Shown here: one piece after another, positions 1 through 10,736 of the stretch
Layout of the letters: the number at the start of each line of letters is the position of its first letter
Position numbering within the stretch: the first letter of the stretch is position 1
Source of the DNA: an uncultured virus (IMG/VR IMGVR_UViG_3300025174_000006)
Taxonomy: Duplodnaviria > Heunggongvirae > Uroviricota > Caudoviricetes
Virus record (IMG/VR): IMGVR_UViG_3300025174_000006
Direction: 5' to 3' (one strand)
DNA: 64,000 nucleotides
Made by a program: the position numbers and the translations under genes
The notes under the pieces: model-generated
Seen by the model: the letters and a program-made list of their open reading frames with translations, nothing else
Told to the model about the DNA's origin: nothing
Database searches by the model: none

Positions 1-54
1 AATTACATCTGTTTTCATTTTATTTCTATATTAGTTAATACTTTTTTCTAAATT

Positions 55-852
55 TTACATTTTTCCATCAATAAGATTTTTATCTTTTTCTGAATTCAGC
101 TCTCTATATGTTTCAAATATTTGAAAATTCATCCAAGCCATTATCTCTAGTAAATTACATATTCCATATTTTTGAATATGCTTTTTTAATTCAATAGAGT
201 TGAAACCACCTTCAACATCACCTATTTTCTCTTGTCCTGTTTCAGTATCAATCACAATAGATATTTTATTTGTTTCTGTATTATATTTATATTGTAATAA
301 TTCTTTCATTTTATTTTCAATAAATTTAGATTTATTAATCGCCAGTTTATCAGCTAAAATATTAAATTTTTCAAAAATTTCTTCTGTTATTGTAAATGTA
401 ACTTTTTTCTTCCTAAGATTACATTCCATAAATGATAACTCAATAACACGATATGGTTCAGAAAGTGTTTTAACCCATAAAACACAAACAGAAACAATAT
501 ACAAAAATGGAAAACTTTGTATTTTTTCTAAATCATATGGACAAGTAATAGTCATAGTTCTAATAGGTGATAATTTATGACGAGTTGCATCATCAGCCTC
601 TTCTTCGTAAATATCTAACTCACCCCTATCATTAACTGATCGATTTTCAGTAGACCCTAACCATATTGTTTGTTTTAAGTCAAATAATCTTTGAATATTA
701 TTTCTAATAGAATCTGACTCTTCTAAGTTGTAAGAAGTGTCTTTATGTATTTCTGTATAACATTCTCTGTCTTCAAGTATATTAAGTAATTTTTCAAAAG
801 CTTGTTCTTTTTCATTTGAATCTTTATAAGGTTCGTGTTTTTCTGTTTTCAT
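55..852 (-). CDS. hypothetical protein with a ribbon-helix-helix-like segment
   Basis: 265 aa ORF; internal KKKVTFTITEEIFEKFNILADKLAINKSKFIE resembles RHH DNA-binding motifs. Confidence 0.55.
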   Translation of the reverse strand: MKTEKHEPYKDSNEKEQAFEKLLNILEDRECYTEIHKDTSYNLEESDSIRNNIQRLFDLKQTIWLGSTENRSVNDRGELDIYEEEADDATRHKLSPIRTMTITCPYDLEKIQSFPFLYIVSVCVLWVKTLSEPYRVIELSFMECNLRKKKVTFTITEEIFEKFNILADKLAINKSKFIENKMKELLQYKYNTETNKISIVIDTETGQEKIGDVEGGFNSIELKKHIQKYGICNLLEIMAWMNFQIFETYRELNSEKDKNLIDGKM

Positions 853-970
853 TTTTTTTTCTAAGTAATATAATTATTTATTTGCAAGTATATATATTAT
901 TTATATTATTGTCAAGTAAATTTATAATTATTTTTAATAATATTAGTAAATTCCAAAATCCAGTTGAAAG

Positions 971-1522
971 TTATTTGATTTGTAAAAAATTTGTGAGCAC
1001 TGGATGGTCAAGGTTTGGTTTTACCAATTTTAGATGTGCGTTAGATAAACGACCCATTCTCCATTTACCAGCACCAGGTGTATAGTCCTTAAGTTTTATA
1101 TTTGTTTCCGATATGTTTACACCATTACCAGAAGATGTATTTGGCGTGTATCCATTCAAATTTATAAGTGTTTCCAACGTTTGTGCCGCATTGGCGATTG
1201 GAATTATTGGTGTATATTCATCCAATCTTATATGTGTTTCTAATACGTCTTTTATAAACGACTGAGTTTTAGAATAACTAAATTTATATTTGTCCTCAAA
1301 AACCGACCAAATTAGATCGAATCTCACATAAAAATACCTGTTTTCTGTTTCCTGTTGAAATAATAATAAGTCATTTTTCACATAAAAAATATAATGTGGA
1401 TGTTTGTCTGAAATTTTTAATTCACACCCCTCTATAAAAGACAGGAAGAAATCCTCCATTTCGTGTTTGATGTGAAATTTCTCAAATAGGACTTTCCGAG
1501 TTATGGATAGGGTCGTTATCAT
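971..1522 (-). CDS. hypothetical protein with C-terminal 22-aa repeats
   Basis: 183 aa ORF; LETHIRLDEYTP / LETLINLNGYTP / SETNIKLKDYTP repeats; TACATTTG box upstream on the minus strand. Confidence 0.7.
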   Translation of the reverse strand: MITTLSITRKVLFEKFHIKHEMEDFFLSFIEGCELKISDKHPHYIFYVKNDLLLFQQETENRYFYVRFDLIWSVFEDKYKFSYSKTQSFIKDVLETHIRLDEYTPIIPIANAAQTLETLINLNGYTPNTSSGNGVNISETNIKLKDYTPGAGKWRMGRLSNAHLKLVKPNLDHPVLTNFLQIK

Positions 1523-1792
1523 ATTTTATCATATTACCAGCAAATGTAAGAAAATTATGTTAATATCTTGGATTTGTGGAGACAGAAAAAACCATACTTG
1601 AATTTTGTGACAGGATTTTACGTTTTACGTGAAATAAATAAAAGTGGACATTATTAGAATTTTTTGTGTTAATGTTTACTTTTCTTATTACTGTTTTCAA
1701 TATTCTCAATAGTCTTTGAATAATTTCATTTGTTTTGAGTTTTAAATTCTTTTTTCTTTCGTTTCTTTAATCCCATAAATTACTTGTTCTAT

Positions 1793-3316
1793 TTATAAAT
1801 TTTTTAATAGGAATTCTTTTTTAGATAATTTTGCATTTAACTCACTTTCAATTTCAGCTTCCAATCCTTGAATTAATTCTCCGATATTAGGTAGTTTATC
1901 TTTAATGACATTCAAACTACCCAATTCTTCTATCTCCGGAATTCCGTTTACCATAGATGAGGAAATAATGTCTTCAGATGGATTAAAACCATATTGTCTT
2001 AACTCTGTAATTAATTGAATTAGATTTTGCTTGTCATCCTCATTGTCGTGTATGATATTTGGAATAATAATATAAGCATATGGCTTGTTCAATTTTTCCA
2101 ATTCATGAGGTAGAATTTCACCAGACTCAATTCTTTTTCTATCTTCCTTGTCAAGTCTAGCAGCTCTTCCAAAAGTTTGTAAAAACTTGCTCTTATTTAA
2201 AGTACGTAAAGGCATAATTCCGGTAAAACCACTAACATCTATTCCTTCGGCCAATATATCATAATGTAATACAATAAGCTCTTTTTCAATATCTGAGCCA
2301 TCTGATTTCAAACGCTTTAAAAATTCTTGCCTACTTACTTTTTCACCATTAATATCATTACCAATTTCGTCATTTGAAGCAACAGCATAAACATTAACTC
2401 CACTATTTCTCAAATTTACATACTCAACACTTTCAAGAAATTTCTTAATATCTTGAGTTCCTTTTACTGAAATAAGAATTTTTGGTTTTAATTTCGTTAA
2501 TACTTTTTTATGCTGGTAAAATGATTCCGATATAATCAAACTCAAACTCTTATTATAATCATCCGAATGATAAAACCCATCTGTTTTTACAACATGGAGC
2601 CTCGGTCTAACCATTTTACCAAGTTCTATAGCTTCTCTTGGAGTCATTGAATATAAAACATTCCCATATAAGTCTATATTATTCATTCCACGTCCTTTAT
2701 CTGAAGGAGTGTGAATAGTTGTAGCTGTAAAGAAATAACTCCTTGGAGAAGTTAAAGTATGAAGAATATCGTGAAACTGCTCTTGGACAAGATAGTGTGC
2801 CTCATCATTTAAAACTATTGAAATAGGTTGTTTTTGACTTTTCCTCGCATCTTCTATCTTGTCGGCTGAATTATATGTAGAAAAGAATATAAGCGGTAAA
2901 TCTTGCGATTTTGATTTTTCTATCATGTATTTAATTCCTTGAACAGATGTTCCGGAACCAATCTCTGAAAAAGGAATGTTGTTTCCATCTAAATTAGAAT
3001 GAATACGCATTTCTTCTAATTCATTTTCTTCTGTCTTTCCTCCTGAGTGTACAAACATATAACGAGCTTCAATACCATTAGAAATTAAGAACCCATACAC
3101 TTCTTTTAATAATTGATAAGTAAGAATAATGCGCGGAGCATTTACAACATACATTCTGAACTGATTAGGGTTCATTATTATATCATTTGCTATAATTGCA
3201 GCTTCACAATAAGTTTTTCCTACTCCAGTAGGTAAACAGATAATTCCTTTTGAATTATAAAATGTCATCGTTACTGAATCTTTTTGATATCCATATAGTT
3301 TCTCTAATACATTCAT
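1793..3316 (-). CDS. SF2 DEAD/DEAH-box helicase, restriction Res-subunit-like
   Basis: Walker A LPTGVGKT, DEAH, TAT, EGIDV and QTFGRAAR motifs. Confidence 0.9.
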   Translation of the reverse strand: MNVLEKLYGYQKDSVTMTFYNSKGIICLPTGVGKTYCEAAIIANDIIMNPNQFRMYVVNAPRIILTYQLLKEVYGFLISNGIEARYMFVHSGGKTEENELEEMRIHSNLDGNNIPFSEIGSGTSVQGIKYMIEKSKSQDLPLIFFSTYNSADKIEDARKSQKQPISIVLNDEAHYLVQEQFHDILHTLTSPRSYFFTATTIHTPSDKGRGMNNIDLYGNVLYSMTPREAIELGKMVRPRLHVVKTDGFYHSDDYNKSLSLIISESFYQHKKVLTKLKPKILISVKGTQDIKKFLESVEYVNLRNSGVNVYAVASNDEIGNDINGEKVSRQEFLKRLKSDGSDIEKELIVLHYDILAEGIDVSGFTGIMPLRTLNKSKFLQTFGRAARLDKEDRKRIESGEILPHELEKLNKPYAYIIIPNIIHDNEDDKQNLIQLITELRQYGFNPSEDIISSSMVNGIPEIEELGSLNVIKDKLPNIGELIQGLEAEIESELNAKLSKKEFLLKNL

Positions 3317-3339
3317 AATGATTGTGTTTTTAAATGAAT

Positions 3340-3951
3340 TTAAGGTTTTACTTCTTTTAACTTATTATCAATGGATTTTACCAATTCACGAACTTTGTTC
3401 CAAAATGGTAGATTATTATCCAATAGTCCTTTTAAATCTTTATACCCGATACACTTAACTTTCCTTTTAAACATTTCCTGGTCAGTGTAAAAATGTAAAC
3501 CATCTGCAGTTGTAAAAACAAAGTGCCGGTAGTTATTAGAATCTGTATTGTCGGTTATTACGTTATGCGTTAACATTCCATCTGAAAACATATTTGATAA
3601 ACTGTCCTTACTGGCCGTTAAAAGTTCTGACGTGTCTGTTCTGTATTTTACCTGAACAACACATTTTTCCATTTTGATGTTTAATCCGGTCCCGTCCACA
3701 CCATTATCGTTTTCTTGTACAGGAACATAATCATAAACTCCAACACGATTATCACAAGGATGCAAAGAAAGGAATATTTCAATAAAGAACTCAAATCCAT
3801 CACCCAAATACTTAAGAGAGTCATAACGTGTTGGGTCAATAAGAGATTGACGCTCAAGACTACGCATAAACTTTGACATGGTATTAACTTTATCACTGAA
3901 TAGGTCAGATAGATTGTGACATTTTGTTTGAAACTGGTGATGGATTTTCAT
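3340..3951 (-). CDS. putative PD-(D/E)XK (Mrr-like) restriction endonuclease
   Basis: GDGFE...DNGVDG...VQVKY motif; lies between the MTase and the helicase. Confidence 0.65.
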   Translation of the reverse strand: MKIHHQFQTKCHNLSDLFSDKVNTMSKFMRSLERQSLIDPTRYDSLKYLGDGFEFFIEIFLSLHPCDNRVGVYDYVPVQENDNGVDGTGLNIKMEKCVVQVKYRTDTSELLTASKDSLSNMFSDGMLTHNVITDNTDSNNYRHFVFTTADGLHFYTDQEMFKRKVKCIGYKDLKGLLDNNLPFWNKVRELVKSIDNKLKEVKP

Positions 3952-3963
3952 GGCTTTTGTTTT

Positions 3964-4371
3964 TTAATGTCCAAATTTTATTTTTCCAGTAAAAGTATTT
4001 TTTAATTTTTCTATAGTTTCTGCCGAAAAATACCAATAACAGTTTTCTTGTCCGTTTAATCCTGCGTTTCTTAAAATTTTAATATCAGGTCTCATTACTG
4101 GTCCAGCTAATGTTTGATTTTCATTATCTGCGACTGCATTAATTTCAATAGCTGGGTTATTTACTATTGCAATGGCAGTAATTTTACCGCCTATTGATTC
4201 ATAAAGAGGCAAGCCTTCGTGTTCACCTCTTAATTCTAAAAAATTTTCAATTAATTCAATAGAAAATCCCACTTCTGTGTTTATTAGCATTTTTTTGTTT
4301 TTTAAAACAACTGAATTGTTGTCTTTAATTATAGATATGCTTTTTTGTCTAATTAATAAATTATTTTTCAT
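3964..4371 (-). CDS. hypothetical protein resembling the N-terminal part of XkdF-like phage proteases
   Basis: AIAIVNNPAIE...LAGPVMRPDIKILR...YWYFSAETIEK pattern recalled from that family; short (135 aa). Confidence 0.45.
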   Translation of the reverse strand: MKNNLLIRQKSISIIKDNNSVVLKNKKMLINTEVGFSIELIENFLELRGEHEGLPLYESIGGKITAIAIVNNPAIEINAVADNENQTLAGPVMRPDIKILRNAGLNGQENCYWYFSAETIEKLKNTFTGKIKFGH

Positions 4372-4389
4372 TTTGTTTGAAAATATTCT

Positions 4390-5865
4390 TTAATCTAAAA
4401 ACTCTTTCCAAAAGTCTTTGCGGAATGTGGATATGACCTTACGCTTATATCTATGTCCCATTGTTCCGTCACAAAAACTCATTAATTTAATAAATTTCTC
4501 ATTTAACATAGATTTCTGGATGTTTTCAAAATTTATAGGTTCATCAACAATGGCATAAGCAAATTGAGTTAAACCGTATTCTCCTGTTTTATCTATTATT
4601 GGTTTTGAAATTCCATTACTCCATATTACCTTAGGTGTATTAAAATGACCATTTTTAGATAATGACCAAAATAGATTTACCGTTCCATCTTTTAATATAG
4701 TATAGACACAAGGGTATTTAAAATCTTCTGTTTTTTCTTTTGACATGTGTTTTTTGTCACTACCATAAGCAGACCGACTATACAACACCTCAACTTTTTC
4801 TTCTCCCTCTTTTGCTATTAACTTTTGTATTTCATTAAACATTCCATTAGGAATAAATTCCATATTTGAAATATCTAATTTTTCAATAATTCCATCTTGA
4901 CATTTAATTGTTGTTATTGTATTATTTGAGGGAGAGTTTTTAATGCAATAAAAATCAAAAGTAGTTTGTACGCCAAACATTTTAACACCATCTTCTCTGT
5001 TGTGTAAATTTAAACTTAATATTTTCTTTGACCTTAATAAAGTTTGAATTGTTTTAAATCCACCATCAAAATCTCTCCAATTGCTAGGGTGAACACCAAC
5101 AAAATAACCAGCTTCAACCAAACAACTTTCAATTGATTTTTTAACGAATTTATCCCAAAGTGGTTGTGACTTTTTATTTCCTTCTTTAAGCTCTTGATAC
5201 GGAGGATTCATCACAATAACATCAAATTTTTCAATTCCCCATATCTCTCTCGTGTGTTCATCAAATTTTTCATCCAAAAACGAACCATTATATATATTCA
5301 AAGAATATTCATCATTAGGATCAAAAGCACAAAGGAATAGAAACATATTTTTAGCTTGAAGTTCACCAACGTATAATTGATTTTCTACTATGTGTTTATA
5401 TCTTAATTCCTCATCTGGTTCAAATTCCTTAAGACCATACATAAGTCTATTTACAATAACACTTGAAAAAATACCACAACCGTTACAAGGGTCTAAGAAT
5501 TTCAATTTAGGATTTGACCAAACTTCTTTAGGTAAAGTATCAAGCATATCCTGTACAAGAGAAATTGGCGTCATAACCTCTCCGAAGGCTTTTTTCTCCA
5601 CTTCTCCTACTTTAACGTATTCACGTAGCATTTTGACTATTTCTTTGCTGTAATGATATTTTCCAATACTTTCATCCTTCATCATGTTTTTTACCTTGAT
5701 GAATAAATCTCTATCACCATCCAAAATAGATAAAATAGCCATTCTTTTCTTGCTGGTACTTAAACCCTCAAGTGTTATTTTAATGTCTTTATCAATTCCT
5801 GACACTTCATCAATCATCATTTGGTCGATTAATGTTTCAAATTGATTTTTCTTTGCGTTTGTCAT
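4390..5865 (-). CDS. N6-adenine DNA methyltransferase, Eco57I/TaqI-like gamma class
   Basis: FGEVMTP, motif I LDPCNGCG, motif IV NPPY. Confidence 0.9.
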   Translation of the reverse strand: MTNAKKNQFETLIDQMMIDEVSGIDKDIKITLEGLSTSKKRMAILSILDGDRDLFIKVKNMMKDESIGKYHYSKEIVKMLREYVKVGEVEKKAFGEVMTPISLVQDMLDTLPKEVWSNPKLKFLDPCNGCGIFSSVIVNRLMYGLKEFEPDEELRYKHIVENQLYVGELQAKNMFLFLCAFDPNDEYSLNIYNGSFLDEKFDEHTREIWGIEKFDVIVMNPPYQELKEGNKKSQPLWDKFVKKSIESCLVEAGYFVGVHPSNWRDFDGGFKTIQTLLRSKKILSLNLHNREDGVKMFGVQTTFDFYCIKNSPSNNTITTIKCQDGIIEKLDISNMEFIPNGMFNEIQKLIAKEGEEKVEVLYSRSAYGSDKKHMSKEKTEDFKYPCVYTILKDGTVNLFWSLSKNGHFNTPKVIWSNGISKPIIDKTGEYGLTQFAYAIVDEPINFENIQKSMLNEKFIKLMSFCDGTMGHRYKRKVISTFRKDFWKEFLD

Positions 5866-5897
5866 GAGAAATGGTTTTTGTTTAATTAATTATGTTA

Positions 5898-5934
5898 TAA
5901 CGTACTATACGAATTTTAAAAGAGAGGTGTTACA
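5898..5934 (-). promoter_or_regulatory. phage repeated ECF-like promoter driving the MTase operon
   Basis: TGTAAC-N17-CGTATAGTACGTTA on the minus strand, about 30 bp upstream of the MTase ATG. Confidence 0.75.
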
Positions 5935-6156
5935 AATTTCATTGGTCTTCGGCACAAGTTAATGATAAATCATAATATAAAACACAAATATATAAATTTC
6001 TGATTGGTTTTTACTGGATTTTACTATAGTATATTTTTACACTTTTTTAAACATAAACAGAAGTATGATTTACTATCATTTTCCATGAGAGAAAAGTAGA
6101 TACTTTTATTGAGCTTTTTAATACTAAAATTAAAGAGGATGAAATGGGATTTATGT

Positions 6157-6927
6157 AGGATTTTACGTGAATGTCTACTTTTTCTAAATTTGTAAGAGGT
6201 TGGTTGTCAGGATTTTACATATAATTATATAACTTTAATAAAAACACGTAAAATAATATTAAAACATTGATACTGGTTCGGTTCACATTGTGAGGTTGTA
6301 GCTCTGTCCATTTATCAACCAACGAAATTGAACTGATTTATGGGATTTAATAGAAATACGATAAATCGTATAAGTAAAATCCTGACATACTTTTCACAAA
6401 TCCTATCACACTCCACAACGTCCTATCTAAAGACATTTCAGAACATTTAAAAAAATTTTAAAAATATAAACGTTAAAAGTGGGTTTTTGTGGTAAAAAGT
6501 GGGAGCCATAATTTAGCAGGACAATAGTAGGATTTTACTTGAGCTGAAAGTGAATAAAAGCTCTGGTCGGTAAAATCCTAATTATCCTCGTGTAGTCGTT
6601 TGTTGTCGGATAGCACAGTACTTTCCTTTCGTACCATAGGATTTTACCATTCTGGGAGAAATTATTTACTTGTAGTCGGATAAATTGTTGATAACTTTAT
6701 TTTTATCAATATCGGTAGGATTTTACGAGTACAAAATTGTTGATAACTATTTCTATTAAACAAAATGCTGGTTATAAGACAAGTAAAATCCTGGCACGAT
6801 TTTATCTGGCACGTAAATTGATATTAGTAAAATCCTGCTACCAATTCCCAAAGTGAATCTTATTCGTTTTCTTGTGATAAGTGTTAATAACTTTGTTAAT
6901 AGAATGCAACATTTTGTAGGATTTTAC
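6157..6927. repeat. cluster of 10 AGGATTTTAC/GTAAAATCCT decamers in non-coding DNA
   Basis: exact copies at 6157, 6209, 6374, 6529, 6570, 6638, 6717, 6783, 6827 and 6918, in both orientations. Confidence 0.85.
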
Positions 6928-7080
6928 GTTTAACTGTATATGAACGTGTTTCCATCGCGTTTGGTTTTGGCCTACTGAGTTTAAATTAAAGAGGTTCCTG
7001 GTTTTGTTTTGTTTGCTCCTTCACCGTGTCCGCTACTCTTAATTTACTCAGTGGGCTTTTTTATTGTTATATTTGTGAAA

Positions 7081-7491
7081 ATGATAAAAAGTCTTGAATA
7101 TATTAAAATTCACATATTAAAAGAAGGAGAAAAGCCTGTTTTATTATCTGAGTTAGAAAACAAGATAGTTGCTTGGGCATTACATCTCCCTGAAAAAATA
7201 CAAATTTCTCATTGCAACTCTAAAGAAAATTCAAATCCAATAAAATTCATTGGAGGGAGAGAATACCGTTCCCTTGGAGATACCTGCAGAATGTTTTGTA
7301 AAATGAGACTACAAAATAGAATGTTTGATTACTTTTTCTGGGATGGAATTGTAAAAGTAATACATAATGATTATGATTACTTTAGTGAAGAATACTATGC
7401 TTTTAAAAATAGTTTTTATTATTATATTGTCACAGGAAGTTATAATCACCGGATGGTGTTAATAGAAAAATTCAATAGGGAGAAATGGTAG
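7081..7491 (+). CDS. GDT...RMVLxEK paralogue family member
   Basis: ATG at 7081 follows a TATATTTG box; LGDTCR and HRMVLIEK motifs. Confidence 0.7.
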   Translation: MIKSLEYIKIHILKEGEKPVLLSELENKIVAWALHLPEKIQISHCNSKENSNPIKFIGGREYRSLGDTCRMFCKMRLQNRMFDYFFWDGIVKVIHNDYDYFSEEYYAFKNSFYYYIVTGSYNHRMVLIEKFNREKW

Positions 7492-7534
7492 GATTTTACC
7501 GGTTAATAATTATAAAACTTATTTTTGGGATATC

Positions 7535-7741
7535 TTAAAAACTACCAGCATCATGTAAGTGATTACCAGAATCGTCATAAACGTGTGTCTTCAACATTGA
7601 GCCACCTTTTGTATTTGCTTCTTTAAATGCTTCTTCTTTGGTTTTAAAATCTCCCTCTATCCAATCTGAGCCATCGAATGTATCAACTCCTACAACTCTG
7701 AATTTACCTTTTGGTGCTTTGAAATCTTTTATAGTTAACAT
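7535..7741 (-). CDS. hypothetical protein
   Basis: 68 aa ORF in a minus-strand run. Confidence 0.6.
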   Translation of the reverse strand: MLTIKDFKAPKGKFRVVGVDTFDGSDWIEGDFKTKEEAFKEANTKGGSMLKTHVYDDSGNHLHDAGSF

Positions 7742-7852
7742 AAGGATAAGTTTTAAATTTATGATATATATTATATTTTATTTAAGGAATCAGGATTTTG
7801 CCCAGAGGAAAATCCTTTTTATCTATCTCAACTATGATACATGTCATTATAA

Positions 7853-8116
7853 TCAGATATTTACCACCGTACAAAAAACAAGTCCCTCACAATCATTAAG
7901 ATGATGTAGAACATTGGCTGAAGATTCTTCTAACAATGACCTGGTTCTTCCAACTGAAAGATGAGGTAAAGTACATAAAGTGGTTGTAAAAGAAACCTTT
8001 TTCCCAATTGAATGCATTTCATCCCAATCATTGGGGCATTTCTTTTTTAACTTAGTTACTGCACTAAGCATTTGTTTCTTTTGTGTAAAATGAGCTGTTA
8101 CGCGAATTGCTTCCAT
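7853..8116 (-). CDS. hypothetical protein
   Basis: 87 aa ORF abutting the upstream ORF. Confidence 0.55.
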   Translation of the reverse strand: MEAIRVTAHFTQKKQMLSAVTKLKKKCPNDWDEMHSIGKKVSFTTTLCTLPHLSVGRTRSLLEESSANVLHHLNDCEGLVFCTVVNI

Positions 8117-8117
8117 G

Positions 8118-8351
8118 TTATTCCAAGTTTAAGGTTCCTAACAATGACAGGTTTTTACATACCTCTTCTGTTTTAATGTAAAATCCATCTTTACCTTTTT
8201 TAAATATCCCAAGTTTTGTGGACATCTTATTTATTAAATCAATGAAGACCGGCTTTTTAATGTCGTCATATAAGCTCTCTAATAAAACAATCCCTTCTTC
8301 ATTATTTGAAATTGAAATTACATCTTCGATATTGTTATATTTAAATTTCAT
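8118..8351 (-). CDS. hypothetical protein
   Basis: 77 aa ORF with operon-like spacing. Confidence 0.55.
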   Translation of the reverse strand: MKFKYNNIEDVISISNNEEGIVLLESLYDDIKKPVFIDLINKMSTKLGIFKKGKDGFYIKTEEVCKNLSLLGTLNLE

Positions 8352-8921
8352 AGTTAAGAATATCTAATTTAAAAATATTGGATACAAATCATTATCTGAC
8401 TCAGGGATATATAAAAACACATTTTGCATGCCAGTATCTTTATTTATCTCGTCGATGTCATTATCAATACATTTATATGCTTCTTTGGTACCTTCTCCGG
8501 TTCTATCAAAGAACCTTTCGGCATTTTTGATATCTCTTACTAATTCGATTTCAATTTTTTTGTTTTCCATTTGTTTTAATGTTTTTGTTCTTGTCGTTTT
8601 TATTTTCAGTTCTGCCGGACCATTGAGTCGTTCCATCGTTTCTTTGTGTGAATTTTGGTTTTGTATCAAGACTGGTCATCTCACCTAGGTGAAAATCGTT
8701 ATATTTATCATCCAGAACCTGGTTCTTTCTCTCATCCGCTTTTCGAATTCGTCTAGAAATTAACACACCGACTAATCCTGCAATAGCCATCATTGCGATT
8801 AATATTATATTTGTGTTCATTACATGTTCTTGATTTGGTTGGTTTATATATTAAACGTATTGTACCAGGTTGAATGTTGCATAAATATAAAAAGTTTTTT
8901 ATTGAAGTTAAAAAATAATAT

Positions 8922-9293
8922 TTATGACCCGCTGGACATTCGTTTCAATAATAGCGAATTGTCAACCATAAAAGACTGAAAATCAGAAGTATCAAAGTCA
9001 TCTTTCAATTGTGGTATATCATAAGTGTCATTCACGTTGTTTTTGATGTAATCAATCAACACTTCGAATGTATTTGATTGACATGTTGCCTTAATTGCTG
9101 TCAGTCGTTGTTCAACTTCTAAAAACCATTTAGGTTTCTTTTCTTTTAAATAGTTCATAGCTACAGGTAAGTGATGTGTCATCAAGTTGTCATCGCAAAT
9201 ATGATTTAACATTAAATAGACATCATCTATTTTTGTTGATAATCTCCCATCTACTATGGAAAATAATTGAAGTAAATTAAATTGTTTTGTCAT
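8922..9293 (-). CDS. hypothetical phage protein
   Basis: 123 aa ORF with an A-rich leader. Confidence 0.65.
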   Translation of the reverse strand: MTKQFNLLQLFSIVDGRLSTKIDDVYLMLNHICDDNLMTHHLPVAMNYLKEKKPKWFLEVEQRLTAIKATCQSNTFEVLIDYIKNNVNDTYDIPQLKDDFDTSDFQSFMVDNSLLLKRMSSGS

Positions 9294-9321
9294 TTTATTG
9301 TTGTTTTTAGGTTTATATATT

Positions 9322-9768
9322 CTAATTTATGTTTTCACGTCCTGTTTTTTCCAATTGCTCAGCGAAATGTCCTGAATAGGTTCCATCCTTGGCCGGTAAA
9401 ATAATCCGAATAACGTTCCGGCCAAGTTCTCTAGCTAAAATTGCTTTTACTTTGTATCCGGTTAGGATATCATTATATTCTTTTCCGGGTTCTAATTTTG
9501 TCCCGGATTTGATAAGTCTGAAAGCTGCCCACATTATTCCATTAGCTATTTCTGGAGATACTCTCATACAAAACTGTAAATCGAGATGATCAAAGTTTTC
9601 AGCAATACCATGGGTATGGATGTTGGTACCATATGGGAATTCATCCGGACTTTCATTAAAAACGAAATGAGTATACCATCCAACTTTTTTGATTGAGTCA
9701 CTCTCAAGTTTATTAAAGATTCGCTGGTCACTTGGGAATTTATATACTTTCTCTTTTTTCTTTTTCAT
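9322..9768 (-). CDS. hypothetical protein, possibly DUF4262-like
   Basis: GW.....HTHGIAENFDHLDLQ pattern. Confidence 0.55.
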   Translation of the reverse strand: MKKKKEKVYKFPSDQRIFNKLESDSIKKVGWYTHFVFNESPDEFPYGTNIHTHGIAENFDHLDLQFCMRVSPEIANGIMWAAFRLIKSGTKLEPGKEYNDILTGYKVKAILARELGRNVIRIILPAKDGTYSGHFAEQLEKTGRENIN

Positions 9769-9836
9769 GGTTATATTTTTTCAGTTAAAGTTATTCTTCA
9801 ATAAGCTACTTTAAAATCAAATAGTTATGAATTTAA

Positions 9837-10736
9837 TTATACTACAATCAATTCAAACATATCAAATAACTCAATTTCTGCCATGCTCCATTCTATATCA
9901 AATTTTTCTAATATTGATTTAGGAATGCTAATATTTTTCCCATTAAAATATTTTAACAGTTTATCTCTAAAGTTTTTATCTTTTATTAAGTCAAAAGATA
10001 AATTTGGTACTAATGCAGCTGTTTTTTTAAGTGCATCATTTTTTTTCGATTTAGGGAGAAATAATAATTTTTCACGATTGTTTAAGGATTTATTTTCTTT
10101 GTTAAAAATTAAATTTTCGTCAATATCTGTTATAATGTAGCTATCTTCTCCAGATAATTTCAAAAACAACTTTGTTTTATTTGTTGTGCTCTGTTTTTGA
10201 ACTCCAATTAGTCTTTCTAAATAACTTATTTTAAAAGTTTTGATTTTGTTATTTAATTCTATAATTTTTTTTTCAACTTCTTTTGTTATTAATAATCCGT
10301 CAAGATAAAACGAACTTTCTTTCTTTGTAACTAAGTGAAATCCCATTAATTCAAAGTCTGTGAGTGTTCCATCTTCGAGAAGTGTTCCGGCTCCAAGTGG
10401 AAGTAAAGAAAATTCATCAAGTTTTTCTTTCGTTATGTTATTTTTTGTAATGTAATCATTATTTATCTCAACTTCAAGGATTAAAATATCTTCTTTGGAT
10501 AAGTGGGCAGAAATGATTTCACCAACTACATCTCCTATAAATTTAACTTCTTCCTGAACTTCACCAGCATCTTCAAAAATAGATGTGTTTAGTTTTCTTT
10601 GATTTATATTATAAATAAATTTCTCAACTTCATTTTTAGGAAATTTCCTTTCGTTTAAATTAGCAACATCACATGTTAAAACTTCAAAGTAATGAAGTAA
10701 AACTTGAGTTTGTGTTTCTTTTGCTGAGTTTTTCAT
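9837..10736 (-). CDS. hypothetical protein
   Basis: 299 aa ORF. Confidence 0.65.
   Translation of the reverse strand: MKNSAKETQTQVLLHYFEVLTCDVANLNERKFPKNEVEKFIYNINQRKLNTSIFEDAGEVQEEVKFIGDVVGEIISAHLSKEDILILEVEINNDYITKNNITKEKLDEFSLLPLGAGTLLEDGTLTDFELMGFHLVTKKESSFYLDGLLITKEVEKKIIELNNKIKTFKISYLERLIGVQKQSTTNKTKLFLKLSGEDSYIITDIDENLIFNKENKSLNNREKLLFLPKSKKNDALKKTAALVPNLSFDLIKDKNFRDKLLKYFNGKNISIPKSILEKFDIEWSMAEIELFDMFELIVV

Noticed and set aside
1598..1631. Possible sixteenth element copy
   Set aside because: Only GTGACAGGATTTTA is present, with no partner boxes at the expected spacing.
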